Assembly: GCA_964539015.1 (NCBI GenBank)
Contig: CAZIHD010000003.1
Span: 1-39,835 of the forward strand
Reading direction: 5' to 3'
Source of the DNA: an uncultured Gammaproteobacteria bacterium
GTDB lineage: Bacteria > Patescibacteriota > Patescibacteriia > Patescibacteriales > UBA12465
DNA: 39,835 bases
The translations under genes and the position numbers were made by a program. Positions within the stretch are counted from its first letter, which is position 1, and the number at the start of each line of letters is the position of its first letter. The notes beneath the pieces were generated by a model, which was not told the DNA's origin, made no database searches, and was given only the letters and a program-made list of their open reading frames with translations. Shown here piece after piece: positions 1 to 7,981 of this stretch.

Positions 1-52
1 GAGCGCTGCATTCGCATTGCAGAGGTAAGGGGTTCGAGTCCCCTCAAGTCCA
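1..52 (+). tRNA. tRNA-Ala (anticodon CGC), 3' portion; the 5' end lies outside the window
   Basis: The anticodon stem is ctgca/tgcag (6-10/18-22) with loop ttCGCat. The T arm is agggg-ttcgagt-cccct (28-44). The acceptor 3' strand is caagtcc, with T at position 70, which is compatible with the G3:U70 Ala identity pair. The discriminator is A52 and no CCA is encoded. Confidence 0.8.
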
Positions 53-54
53 CA

Positions 55-93
55 AATATTAATTATTCAAGCGAAGCTTGGATAATTAATATT
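55..93 (+). other. 18-bp AT-rich hairpin between tRNA-Ala and tRNA-Pro (possible processing or terminator structure)
   Basis: Arm aatattaattattcaagc (55-72) pairs with arm gcttggataattaatatt (76-93) across loop gaa. The only non-Watson-Crick position is a T:G wobble when read on the + strand. Confidence 0.55.
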
Positions 94-148
94 ATTTGAT
101 AAAGGACTCGAACTAGTTGGCGCGGAGTAAAATTAAATAAAAAAACCA

Positions 149-223
149 CGGGCTGTGGTATAAAGGCTATTATACACGCTTCGGGTGCGTGTGATCCCGG
201 TTCAATTCCGGGCAGCCCGACCA
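149..223 (+). tRNA. tRNA-Pro (anticodon CGG), 75 nt with encoded CCA
   Basis: The acceptor is cgggctg/cagcccg. The anticodon stem is cacgc/gcgtg with loop ttCGGgt, giving G37. The T arm is cccgg-ttcaatt-ccggg. The discriminator A is followed by cca at 221-223. Confidence 0.9.
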
Positions 224-231
224 ATCCAAAC

Positions 232-260
232 AAAAAAATCGCCAAAAAAGCGGTTTTTTT
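232..260 (+). terminator. Hairpin with paired A-tract and T-tract after tRNA-Pro (intrinsic terminator-like)
   Basis: aaaaaaatcgc (232-242) pairs with gcggttttttt (250-260). The GC core is short, so this is only moderately convincing. Confidence 0.45.
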
Positions 261-266
261 GTATAG

Positions 267-295
267 TTGCCAAAAAATACAAATATCCTTATAAT
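267..295 (+). promoter_or_regulatory. Sigma-70-type promoter upstream of the LCP gene
   Basis: TTGCCA (267-272), a 17-nt spacer, then TATAAT (290-295). Confidence 0.55.
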
Positions 296-335
296 AAACA
301 CATAAAAATAAATTCAACTCCAGGCCACCCGGTCA

Positions 336-1871
336 TTGGATTTTTTAATAATTATGATTGATTTTAAGCAAAAATTAGAAGAAACTGATCAAGAAAGCCG
401 CAATCTCTCCCAACAAGAGGAAGATGAAAAAATATTGGCATCAATCAAAAAACGCCGTAAAGTCAAAAATTACTTAATTGCCCTGATTGTCATTGCTATC
501 ATTTTTTCTGGCAAAGTAATCATGTCCAGCCAAGGTGCCAGTCAGTGGTTGACCAATAACACTTTTTGGGGACGAGTAACTCATTTAGCCGCTACTAGCG
601 ATAACAAATTAATCGGCGAAGATCAAGATAGAATAAATATTTTGCTTTTAGGCATGGGTGGCGCCAACCACGACGGCGGTTATCTCGCTGACACTATTAT
701 TTTAGTCAGTATAAAACCGTCCACCAAACAAGTGGCTCTGATCTCAATTCCCAGAGATTTGACTGTTCCCAACGATAGCGGCGCTTGGCGTAAAGTTAAT
801 TCGGTTAATGCGCTGGCAGAAGCAAACGAAACTGGCAGCGGCGGACCGGCAATGATGAAGACTTTAAGTTCGGTTTTGGGTACGGATATTAATTATTACA
901 TCCGCGTTGATTTTGACGGCTTTATTAAAATTATTGACGAACTCGGCGGTGTTGATGTCAATGTTGCCAATACTTTAGATGATTATAGTTATCCTGTCCG
1001 CGGGCAGGAAGATAACCCTGATTATTACGCCCGTTATGAACATCTGCACTTTGATCCGGGCGAACAGCATATGGACGGTTCTTTGGCTCTCAAATATGCC
1101 CGCAGCCGCCATGCCGCCGGTGCCGAAGGTTCTGATTTTGCCCGCGCCCGGCGCCAGCAATTGATTTTGGAAGCAGTTAAAGATAAATTATTATCCCGCA
1201 ATACCTTGCTTAAACCGGGTATGGTCAGCCGCATTATTTCTGATTTAAAAAATAATATTAAAACCAATTTAGATGTCTGGGCGATGGTCAAACTTTGGTC
1301 AGATTATAAAGATATCAACCGCAGTCAGATTATTAATAAAGTTCTGGATAACGGCGCCGATGGTCTTTTAATATCTAGCCGCGGCGAGGGCGGCGCCTAT
1401 ATTCTTATTCCCAAAACTGGAAATTTTACCGCCATCAAAGCCATGGTTCAAAATATCTTCGGTGAAAATACCGATAGCTCCAACAACAGCGGTGAAAAAG
1501 CGAGTAGCAGCGAAAAAACTGACAAAGCCACAGAAACTGAAATTGTAAAAATTAAAAAAATAAGCGAAGAAGCAAATGTGGCCGTCCTCAACGGCACTTG
1601 GGTAAGCGGTCTGGCCGCCAAAACGGCTCTCAGCCTGCAAGATTATGGTTTTAAAATTACAGAAACTGCCAATGCTCCAACCCGGGAATACAATAATTCC
1701 GTAATTTATACTTTAAGCACTGATAAAAAAACAAAAACTTTAGAAACTTTAAAGGCGGCCGGCCAAGCCAGCTTAGCCTATGATTCCCCTTCTTGGCTTG
1801 AAACTTATAAGAATAGTCCGGAGCATCCAGATTTTATTTTGATAATCGGTGCTAATGTTAATAATAATTAA
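336..1871 (+). CDS. LytR-CpsA-Psr (LCP) family cell-envelope phosphotransferase with an N-terminal TM segment and a C-terminal LytR_C-like domain
   Basis: The motif INILLLGMGG...ADTIILVSIKPSTKQVALISIPRDL is typical of LCP proteins. The C-terminus (VAVLNGTWVSGLAAKTA) looks LytR_C-like. The ORF opens with TTG at 336; ATG at 354 is an alternative start. Confidence 0.85.
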   Translation: MDFLIIMIDFKQKLEETDQESRNLSQQEEDEKILASIKKRRKVKNYLIALIVIAIIFSGKVIMSSQGASQWLTNNTFWGRVTHLAATSDNKLIGEDQDRINILLLGMGGANHDGGYLADTIILVSIKPSTKQVALISIPRDLTVPNDSGAWRKVNSVNALAEANETGSGGPAMMKTLSSVLGTDINYYIRVDFDGFIKIIDELGGVDVNVANTLDDYSYPVRGQEDNPDYYARYEHLHFDPGEQHMDGSLALKYARSRHAAGAEGSDFARARRQQLILEAVKDKLLSRNTLLKPGMVSRIISDLKNNIKTNLDVWAMVKLWSDYKDINRSQIINKVLDNGADGLLISSRGEGGAYILIPKTGNFTAIKAMVQNIFGENTDSSNNSGEKASSSEKTDKATETEIVKIKKISEEANVAVLNGTWVSGLAAKTALSLQDYGFKITETANAPTREYNNSVIYTLSTDKKTKTLETLKAAGQASLAYDSPSWLETYKNSPEHPDFILIIGANVNNN

Positions 1872-3269
1872 ATGACAACCGAGGAAAACAACAGTAATTT
1901 AACGTTGGTAACGATCTGCGGACGGACAAACGTCGGCAAATCGACTCTCTTCAACCGTTTAATTGAAAAAAAACAAGCTTTAGTTTCTAATATTGAAGGG
2001 ACAACCAGAGATTGTAATATCGGCCTAGTCCATTGGGATCGAAAACTTTTTCGTTTGGTTGATACGGCCGGCTTAATTGACGCCGGTCTGATCAGCCAAA
2101 AAAAACACAATAACAACGAGATTGATTTTTTAGCTCAGAAACAAGCTTTAGATTATCTTGAGCAAGCCAAATTACTGCTGTTTATCGTGGATGGCAAAGC
2201 CGGTCTAATGCCGGAAGACCGCGAGCTCGCCAAAGCTATCCGCCGCCAGCCGGCTTATCTGAAAAAAGTTATCTTAGTAGTAAATAAAATTGATAGCGGC
2301 AAACTCCGCAGTGAAGCGGCAACTTTCAATAAACTCGGCTTAGGCGAACCGATAGCTATCTCTGCTCAAACCGGCGCCGGTACCGGCGATCTGTTAGATA
2401 CTGTTCTGGCTCGCGTCCAAACGACAGTGGATGATAATGAAGAAGAAAATAAAATAGCGGCGGCTCGACTTTGTATTGTCGGTAAGCCGAACGTCGGCAA
2501 ATCATCCCTGCTTAACGCTCTCGTCGGTTATGACCGGGTCATTGTCAGCGACCAGCCGCACACGACTCGCGAGTCCCAGGATTTAGAAATAAAATATAAT
2601 GATCAGATAATCCGCCTCATCGATACCGCCGGCATTTCTCGCCACGGCCATAAAGGCAAAGGCTTAGAAAAAGAAGGCATCGCCATGTCCTTAAAATCTT
2701 TACAGCGCGCTGACATTGCACTTTTAGTTCTGGATGTGAGTGAAGAGTTAACCCATCAAGACGCTAAGATGGTGGAAGAAATCGTGGATCGGAATAAAAG
2801 CCTGATCATTATCGGCAATAAATGGGATAAGATCGAAGAAAAAAATCAAAAACATTGGCAGGAAAAAATCTTAGGCAAATTGCCGTTTGCCGCCTGGGCG
2901 CCGATTCTTTTTATCTCGGCTAAAACCGGAGCAAAAGTAAATAAAATTTTAGATTTGGCTTTAGCGGTGGCGGCCGGACGTAAAACTGAAATCAGCGAAA
3001 CACAATTAAAAAAATTTCTCAGCCGCGTCGTTAAAATCCATCTGCCGGCCAAAGGCAAGGGTTTAAAAGCTCCGCATATTTACGAAATCGCTCAAAAGCA
3101 CGTCAATCCGCCCTCCTTCACAATCCGTATCGGTTCCCGCGACGACCTCCACTTTTCTTATGTTCGATTTTTGGAAAATCGCTTACGTGAACAATATGAT
3201 TTTTTGGGGACGCCGGTTAAAATGCATGTTATCAAAAATAAAAGGAAACATAGCGTCCGTGAAGCTTGA
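1872..3269 (+). CDS. der: Ribosome-associated GTPase Der/EngA (two tandem GTPase domains plus a KH-like domain)
   Basis: Two G1 motifs are present (GRTNVGKSTL and GKPNVGKSSL), with DTAG and NKxD motifs in both halves. The ATG directly abuts the upstream stop codon. Confidence 0.93.
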   Translation: MTTEENNSNLTLVTICGRTNVGKSTLFNRLIEKKQALVSNIEGTTRDCNIGLVHWDRKLFRLVDTAGLIDAGLISQKKHNNNEIDFLAQKQALDYLEQAKLLLFIVDGKAGLMPEDRELAKAIRRQPAYLKKVILVVNKIDSGKLRSEAATFNKLGLGEPIAISAQTGAGTGDLLDTVLARVQTTVDDNEEENKIAAARLCIVGKPNVGKSSLLNALVGYDRVIVSDQPHTTRESQDLEIKYNDQIIRLIDTAGISRHGHKGKGLEKEGIAMSLKSLQRADIALLVLDVSEELTHQDAKMVEEIVDRNKSLIIIGNKWDKIEEKNQKHWQEKILGKLPFAAWAPILFISAKTGAKVNKILDLALAVAAGRKTEISETQLKKFLSRVVKIHLPAKGKGLKAPHIYEIAQKHVNPPSFTIRIGSRDDLHFSYVRFLENRLREQYDFLGTPVKMHVIKNKRKHSVREA

Positions 3270-3274
3270 AGATA

Positions 3275-3315
3275 AGATAAAATCCGCCCCGAAGCGGATT
3301 TTATCTTTATTTTAT
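3275..3315 (+). terminator. Intrinsic terminator after der
   Basis: aagataaaatccgc (3275-3287) pairs with gcggattttatctt (3294-3307) across loop cccgaa. A T-rich tail follows. Confidence 0.7.
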
Positions 3316-3373
3316 CGTCATTTCAGGCGGTATGCGCTATAATAAAAATGGAAAAACATTATCTCAAACATAT

Positions 3374-3937
3374 ATGCAAATAATTATCGGCTTGGGCAAC
3401 CCTGACGAAAAATATGCCTTTACCCGCCACAATGCCGGCTGGCTGGCTTTAGACCGCTTAGCTGGCGCTGACGATTGGCGGCTGGAAAAAAAATTCAATG
3501 CTTTAACAAAAGAAGGCGGCGGCTATTTATATCTCAAACCGCTGACTTACATGAATAATTCCGGCGAGAGCGCTTATCAAGCTTTACGCTATTATCATTT
3601 ATTAACGCGGCAGTTCGGTTATCTTTTGAAAAAAGATCAGGATTTACACCAGACGCTGGCCGTCATCCACGATGATTTGGATCTGGCTTTAGGTGCTTGG
3701 AAAATAAGCGTCGATTCCCGCAGCGGCGGACACAAGGGTATACAATCGCTGATCACTTGTTTAAAAACGCAACGCTTTACGCGTTTGCGTCTGGGTATTA
3801 AGACGGAAGCTTTGCATAATCCGCTGCCGGCCGATAAATTTGTTTTGCAAAAATTCAGCACCGAAGAATTAGAAATTTTAAATGAAACTTTAGAACCGAG
3901 CTTAAGCCAGCTCCGAGAAGCTTTAAACCAAAAATAA
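3374..3937 (+). CDS. pth: Peptidyl-tRNA hydrolase
   Basis: MQIIIGLGNPDEKYAFTRHNAGW...YMNNSGES matches the Pth N-terminus. The ORF is open from 3332, but the conserved N-terminus begins at the ATG at 3374. Confidence 0.9.
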   Translation: MQIIIGLGNPDEKYAFTRHNAGWLALDRLAGADDWRLEKKFNALTKEGGGYLYLKPLTYMNNSGESAYQALRYYHLLTRQFGYLLKKDQDLHQTLAVIHDDLDLALGAWKISVDSRSGGHKGIQSLITCLKTQRFTRLRLGIKTEALHNPLPADKFVLQKFSTEELEILNETLEPSLSQLREALNQK

Positions 3938-3965
3938 TTTTTCATTTTTCCGGCAATCAAAAACA

Positions 3966-4071
3966 AAAAACCCTCTTAACTGCTTATACAAAAAGCTTTA
4001 GAACGCTCGCTCACTAGGAGGAAAGCGGGCAAACGTCAAAACTTTTGTACAAGCAATCAAGAGGATTTTTT
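3966..4071. ncRNA. About 106-nt extended hairpin: a candidate structured small RNA or an unusually long bidirectional terminator
   Basis: A basal stem of about 24 bp (3971-3995 with 4042-4064) is flanked by an A-tract on the 5' side and a T-tract on the 3' side. A second apical helix is gcccgc/gcgagc-like, and the apical loop carries CTAGGAGGAAAG on the + strand (CCUCC on the - strand). All four basal-stem mismatches are A.C on the + strand, which makes them G.U on the - strand. The single apical mismatch shows the opposite preference. Confidence 0.4.
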
Positions 4072-4101
4072 AACCCTCAATCTTAATCCAAAAATCAAGC
4101 C

Positions 4102-5226
4102 ATGTCAAGACCATATTATCAACAAGCCGATGATCTATTTTTGGCCGCTTTAGCGGCTGTACCCGGCCTGGGGCCAAAACGCCTAAATCGCCTTTATCGG
4201 CACAGCGGCACCTGGCAAGCGGCCTGGCATGCCTCGGAATCTGTTTGGCAGGAAAAAAAAATTCCAATAATCAGCATTAAAGCTTGGCAAAATAAAAAAT
4301 CAATGTTTTCTCCGGAAAAATTCGCCTCTTATTTACAAACCAGCAACACCGCCTTGATTACTTCCCAACATCCGGACTACCCGGCTGGTTTTAACGATTT
4401 GGAAAACGCCCCGCTGTTGCTTTACGCCCGCGGCACGTGGCCGAAAACAAAAAAAATTATCACGGTTATCGGCTCCCGCCAGCCAACCCCTTACGGAGAA
4501 GCGGCAGCAGCGCGATTTGTCCCCTATCTCACCGCGGCCGGGTATAGTCTGGCTAGCGGCCTGGCCGCCGGTTTAGATACTTGCGCCCATCGGCTCAGCT
4601 TAATTAATAACGGGCATACGATCGCCATTCTCGGATCGGGCTTGGATTATATTTATCCAAAAAATAATAAATCTCTGGCCTTAGAGATTATCCGCCGCGG
4701 CGGATTATTATTATCGGAATATCCGCCGACAGCCGCTCCTTTAAAAGCAAACTTTATCCAACGCAATCGTCTTCTCGCCGCCATCGCCGAGATAACTCTC
4801 GTTTTAGAGGCCGGCCTCAAATCCGGATCAATCCTAACGGCGCGCACCGCTAAAAAATTAGGCCGAACCGTTTACGCCGTACCGGGAAATATTTTCAGTT
4901 CGGAAGCGGCCGGCTGTCATCGTTTAATTCAAGAGAATGCCCGCTTGGCCGTAGCGCCGACGGACATCTGTCCGGAAAAAATTATAAACCTTGAAAGCGA
5001 AAGAAACAGCCAAATCTGCCAGCAAGCAGCTATCAGTCCGGAGATGGAAGCAATTATCCAGCTTCTAAAAATTGATAATCGAATCTTTACCGGCCTGACG
5101 GCCGATGAAATCAGCCATCAACTCCAGCTTGACACCGCTTCCGTAAATAGTACACTAAGTATATTGGAAATCAGGAAACTCCTCTGCCGGCGCCAAGGAC
5201 GCTATTATTTCCAGCCAAGCAACTAG
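4102..5226 (+). CDS. dprA: DNA-processing protein DprA/Smf
   Basis: Motifs seen are IGSRQPTPYG, GLAAGLD, GSGLDYIYPKNN, FIQRNRLLA and VLEAGLKSGS. The dprA-topA adjacency is a conserved arrangement. Confidence 0.9.
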   Translation: MSRPYYQQADDLFLAALAAVPGLGPKRLNRLYRHSGTWQAAWHASESVWQEKKIPIISIKAWQNKKSMFSPEKFASYLQTSNTALITSQHPDYPAGFNDLENAPLLLYARGTWPKTKKIITVIGSRQPTPYGEAAAARFVPYLTAAGYSLASGLAAGLDTCAHRLSLINNGHTIAILGSGLDYIYPKNNKSLALEIIRRGGLLLSEYPPTAAPLKANFIQRNRLLAAIAEITLVLEAGLKSGSILTARTAKKLGRTVYAVPGNIFSSEAAGCHRLIQENARLAVAPTDICPEKIINLESERNSQICQQAAISPEMEAIIQLLKIDNRIFTGLTADEISHQLQLDTASVNSTLSILEIRKLLCRRQGRYYFQPSN

Positions 5227-5255
5227 ATAAATTTTACCAGTTAAAAGAAAAAATT

Positions 5256-7481
5256 ATGAAATTAATCATCGTAGAATCACCCACCAAGGCGAAAACAATC
5301 AGTAAATTTTTAGATAAAGATTATCGGGTAGAATCTTCTTTCGGGCACGTGCGCGACCTGCCGGCTCGGGAGATGGGCATTGATATCGCCAACGATTTTC
5401 AGCCGAAATACGTTATTCCCTTAAAATCAAAAAAAACGGCAACCAATCTAAGATCAGCCGCCGCCAAAGCGACAGCGGTTATTTTAGCGTCTGATGAAGA
5501 TCGCGAAGGAGAAGCCATCGCCTGGCACTTGGCGCAAGTCTTGAAATTAAACCCCAAGCAGGCTCAGCGCATTGTCTTCCACGAAATTACCAAACCGGCC
5601 ATTCTGGCCGCTTTAGAAAATCCGCGCCACATTGATCAAAATTTAGTCGATGCTCAACAGGCGCGGCGCGTATTGGATCGCTTAGTCGGCTATGAACTTT
5701 CTCCCTTCCTTTGGAAAAAAGTGGCCAAGGGCTTATCGGCCGGCCGCGTTCAAAGTGTCGCTATCCGCTTGATTGTTGAACGAGAACGGGAGATTCAAGC
5801 TTTCAAACCGCAAGAATATTGGACGGTCAGCGCCCGCTTGCAGGCCGAAAAAACGGAATTGCCTTATCGGGCCGAACTTTTTCGTCTTAACGGCCGGCCT
5901 TTTGATAAGCTGGCAATTACGGCGGATAAGGCAGCGGAATTAAAAACAGCGCTAACGACGGCGGTTTATCGAATAAGCAAAATTGAACAAAAGAACGTTA
6001 AAAAAAATCCAAACGCGCCGTTCACGACTTCAACCCTGCAACAAGGCGCCAACCGCCACCTTGGCTTCAGCGCCAAACAAACCATGACTCTCGCTCAAAA
6101 ATTATACGAACAGGGCTTTATCACTTACATGCGCACCGACTCTTTAAATATCTCGGCACAATTTTTAACAGAAGCCAAAGATTATTTGACCAGCGTTTTC
6201 GGGGCTAAATATGCTTTGCCGGCACCGCGTGTCTTCAAATCAAAAAGTAAAAACGCCCAAGAGGCGCACGAAGCGATCCGCCCGACTTCAGCCGCCCGTA
6301 CGCCTGAAGATTTAAAAGATAAATTAGATAAGAATATCTACCGACTCTATAAATTAATTTGGGAAAGAAGCTTGGCCACGCAAATGCCGGCTTCCGAGTT
6401 CAGCGCCACCACCATCGATACAGAAGCGCTTTGTTCAGATGAACAAAAACATCTGCTTCGCGCCAGCGGCCAAGTTCTGCTCTTTGATGGTTATTTAAAA
6501 GTTTATCCGGAAAAAACCAGCGAACAAGAATTGCCGCGCCTGCAAGAAGGTGAAGCCGCCAAACTGCTTGATCTTGAGACCGAACAGCATTCCACTAAAC
6601 CGGCCGCCCGCTACAGCGATGCCAGCTTAGTTAAAGACCTGGAAAAATACGGCATCGGCCGGCCTTCCACCTACGCGCCGACAATCAATACTATTCTTAT
6701 CCGTAATTATGTAGAAAGGGCGGAAGACAAAAGATTAAAACCGACAGCTATTGCTTTTGTCGTGAACGATCTCCTGGTTGCTCATTTCCAAAAAATCGTA
6801 GATTATAACTTCACCGCCGAATTAGAAAATGATCTTGACCGCATCGCGGACGGTAAAAAGAAATGGCAGCCGGTTATCGCCGATTTTTACCACGACTTCC
6901 ATGACAATTTAGAAAAAAAATATAAAGATATTAAAAAAAGCGACATTATGCCTGAAGAAAAATCCCAAGAAATTTGCGATAAATGCGGAGCGCCGATGAT
7001 TATTAAAACCGGCCGCTATGGAAAATTCCTCGCCTGCAGCGGTTTTCCTGACTGCCGCAACATTAAAAAAATAGCCGGCGAAGACGGCGGCCGAAAAGAA
7101 GATCCGGCTTTAGAAGTCTTGCAAGAAAAATACCAAGGAACGGTTTGCGATAAATGTGGAGCGGAAATGAAAGTGCGTTCGGGTAAATATGGTCCCTTTC
7201 TCGCCTGCAGCGCTTATCCAAAATGTAAAAATATCAAAAATATAAACGATGGCGCGGATGGCGGCCGAGAAATTATCTGCCCGGCGTGTAAAATCGGAAA
7301 AATCGTTAAAAAATTCAGCCGGCGCGGCGCCTTCTATGCCTGCAGTAATTATCCTGATTGCAAAAATGCTTATTGGGGCCAGCCAACCGGCGATAAGTGT
7401 CCGGACTGCGATTCTCTCCTGGTAAAAAATAAAGACGGCCAAATCGTTTGCAGCGATAAAGGCTGCGGTTATCAAAAATAA
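5256..7481 (+). CDS. topA: DNA topoisomerase I with four C-terminal C4 zinc ribbons
   Basis: The N-terminus has a Toprim domain (KLIIVESPTKAKTI, DEDREGE) and the active-site region reads ITYMRTDS. The C-terminus has four CxxC...CxxC repeats. Confidence 0.95.
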   Translation: MKLIIVESPTKAKTISKFLDKDYRVESSFGHVRDLPAREMGIDIANDFQPKYVIPLKSKKTATNLRSAAAKATAVILASDEDREGEAIAWHLAQVLKLNPKQAQRIVFHEITKPAILAALENPRHIDQNLVDAQQARRVLDRLVGYELSPFLWKKVAKGLSAGRVQSVAIRLIVEREREIQAFKPQEYWTVSARLQAEKTELPYRAELFRLNGRPFDKLAITADKAAELKTALTTAVYRISKIEQKNVKKNPNAPFTTSTLQQGANRHLGFSAKQTMTLAQKLYEQGFITYMRTDSLNISAQFLTEAKDYLTSVFGAKYALPAPRVFKSKSKNAQEAHEAIRPTSAARTPEDLKDKLDKNIYRLYKLIWERSLATQMPASEFSATTIDTEALCSDEQKHLLRASGQVLLFDGYLKVYPEKTSEQELPRLQEGEAAKLLDLETEQHSTKPAARYSDASLVKDLEKYGIGRPSTYAPTINTILIRNYVERAEDKRLKPTAIAFVVNDLLVAHFQKIVDYNFTAELENDLDRIADGKKKWQPVIADFYHDFHDNLEKKYKDIKKSDIMPEEKSQEICDKCGAPMIIKTGRYGKFLACSGFPDCRNIKKIAGEDGGRKEDPALEVLQEKYQGTVCDKCGAEMKVRSGKYGPFLACSAYPKCKNIKNINDGADGGREIICPACKIGKIVKKFSRRGAFYACSNYPDCKNAYWGQPTGDKCPDCDSLLVKNKDGQIVCSDKGCGYQK

Positions 7482-7501
7482 TCAAGAACTTCCGATAAAA
7501 C

Positions 7502-7533
7502 AAAAACGGACAGCCAACAAGCTGTTCGTTTTT
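7502..7533. terminator. Bidirectional terminator hairpin between the convergent topA and the 129-aa gene
   Basis: aaaaacggacagc pairs with gctgttcgttttt across loop caacaa, with an A-tract and a T-tract on the two sides. Confidence 0.7.
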
Positions 7534-7555
7534 AAATCAAAAATTTTAACAAATA

Positions 7556-7945
7556 TTATTTTTTCCGGCGTTTATTTTTTATCTTGTCTTTCTTTTTTTC
7601 TTCTTTATCATCAGCCTCGTCATCAGCCTCGTCATCTTCTTCATCTCTATCCCGCCGGCGCTGGCGGCGATCCTGGGCGAATTTTACGCCACGCTTTAAA
7701 AGTTCTCCGAGAATCATCAGATAAGAGGCGCTGCCGGAAATTTTTTCTTTAATCAAATCAATCAGATTTTCCGCTTTTTCCAATCCTTCCTCAACTCTTT
7801 TAATCAAGCGGAAAATTCTCTGGGCGCTGGCGATAAAATAATACAGAGACCAGCAAAGGAAGAAAGCTAAAGCGCCGGCCGAAGCGGCCAGCACCCAATT
7901 TAAAACATCACGCGAAGTCTCGAACATAAATTTTCTGTTAGCCAA
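7556..7945 (-). CDS. Hypothetical small membrane-anchored protein with a coiled-coil region and a highly charged Asp/Glu/Lys tail
   Basis: It has one N-terminal TM segment (VLAASAGALAFFLCWSLYYFIA) and the tail DEEDDEADDEADDKEEKKKDK. The ORF opens with TTG at 7945; ATG at 7927 is an alternative start. The tail contains a 12-bp tandem repeat, catcagcctcgt x2. Confidence 0.6.
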   Translation of the reverse strand: MANRKFMFETSRDVLNWVLAASAGALAFFLCWSLYYFIASAQRIFRLIKRVEEGLEKAENLIDLIKEKISGSASYLMILGELLKRGVKFAQDRRQRRRDRDEEDDEADDEADDKEEKKKDKIKNKRRKK

Positions 7946-7981
7946 GAAGGCTAAAATTTTTCCTCCAAATTTGGCTTAAAA

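Noticed and set aside
101-135. ggactcgaac segment resembling the reverse complement of a tRNA T arm (possible minus-strand tRNA or tRNA remnant)
   Set aside because: The flanking bases cannot form a T stem, an acceptor stem or an anticodon arm on either strand. At most it is a degraded fragment, so I did not annotate it.
63-317. 84-aa minus-strand ORF
   Set aside because: It runs antisense across the tRNA-Pro gene, the inter-tRNA hairpin and the LCP promoter, and it has no start context. It is an artefact of a non-coding region.
3332-3373. Upstream extension of pth (and similarly 16495-16518 for the small ORF and 38657-38692 for tsaD)
   Set aside because: The extensions precede the conserved family N-termini, and they overlap a promoter-like region or the upstream gene. 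I preferred the internal ATG starts.
3966-4071. Possible SRP (4.5S) RNA or RNase P RNA, suggested by GGAGGAAAGCGGGC and the 4.5S-like size
   Set aside because: The GNAR tetraloop and the conserved 5'-side AGG of SRP domain IV are missing, and the + strand stem carries four A.C mismatches. At about 106 nt the element is far too short for RNase P RNA, and it lacks the UCC of the GAGGAAAGUCCGGGC motif. I kept it only as an unclassified structured element.
7110-7503. Two antisense ORFs (121 aa and 62 aa) in the topA 3' region
   Set aside because: They lie opposite the four well-formed zinc-ribbon repeats of topA. Open antisense frames are common opposite repetitive coding sequence.
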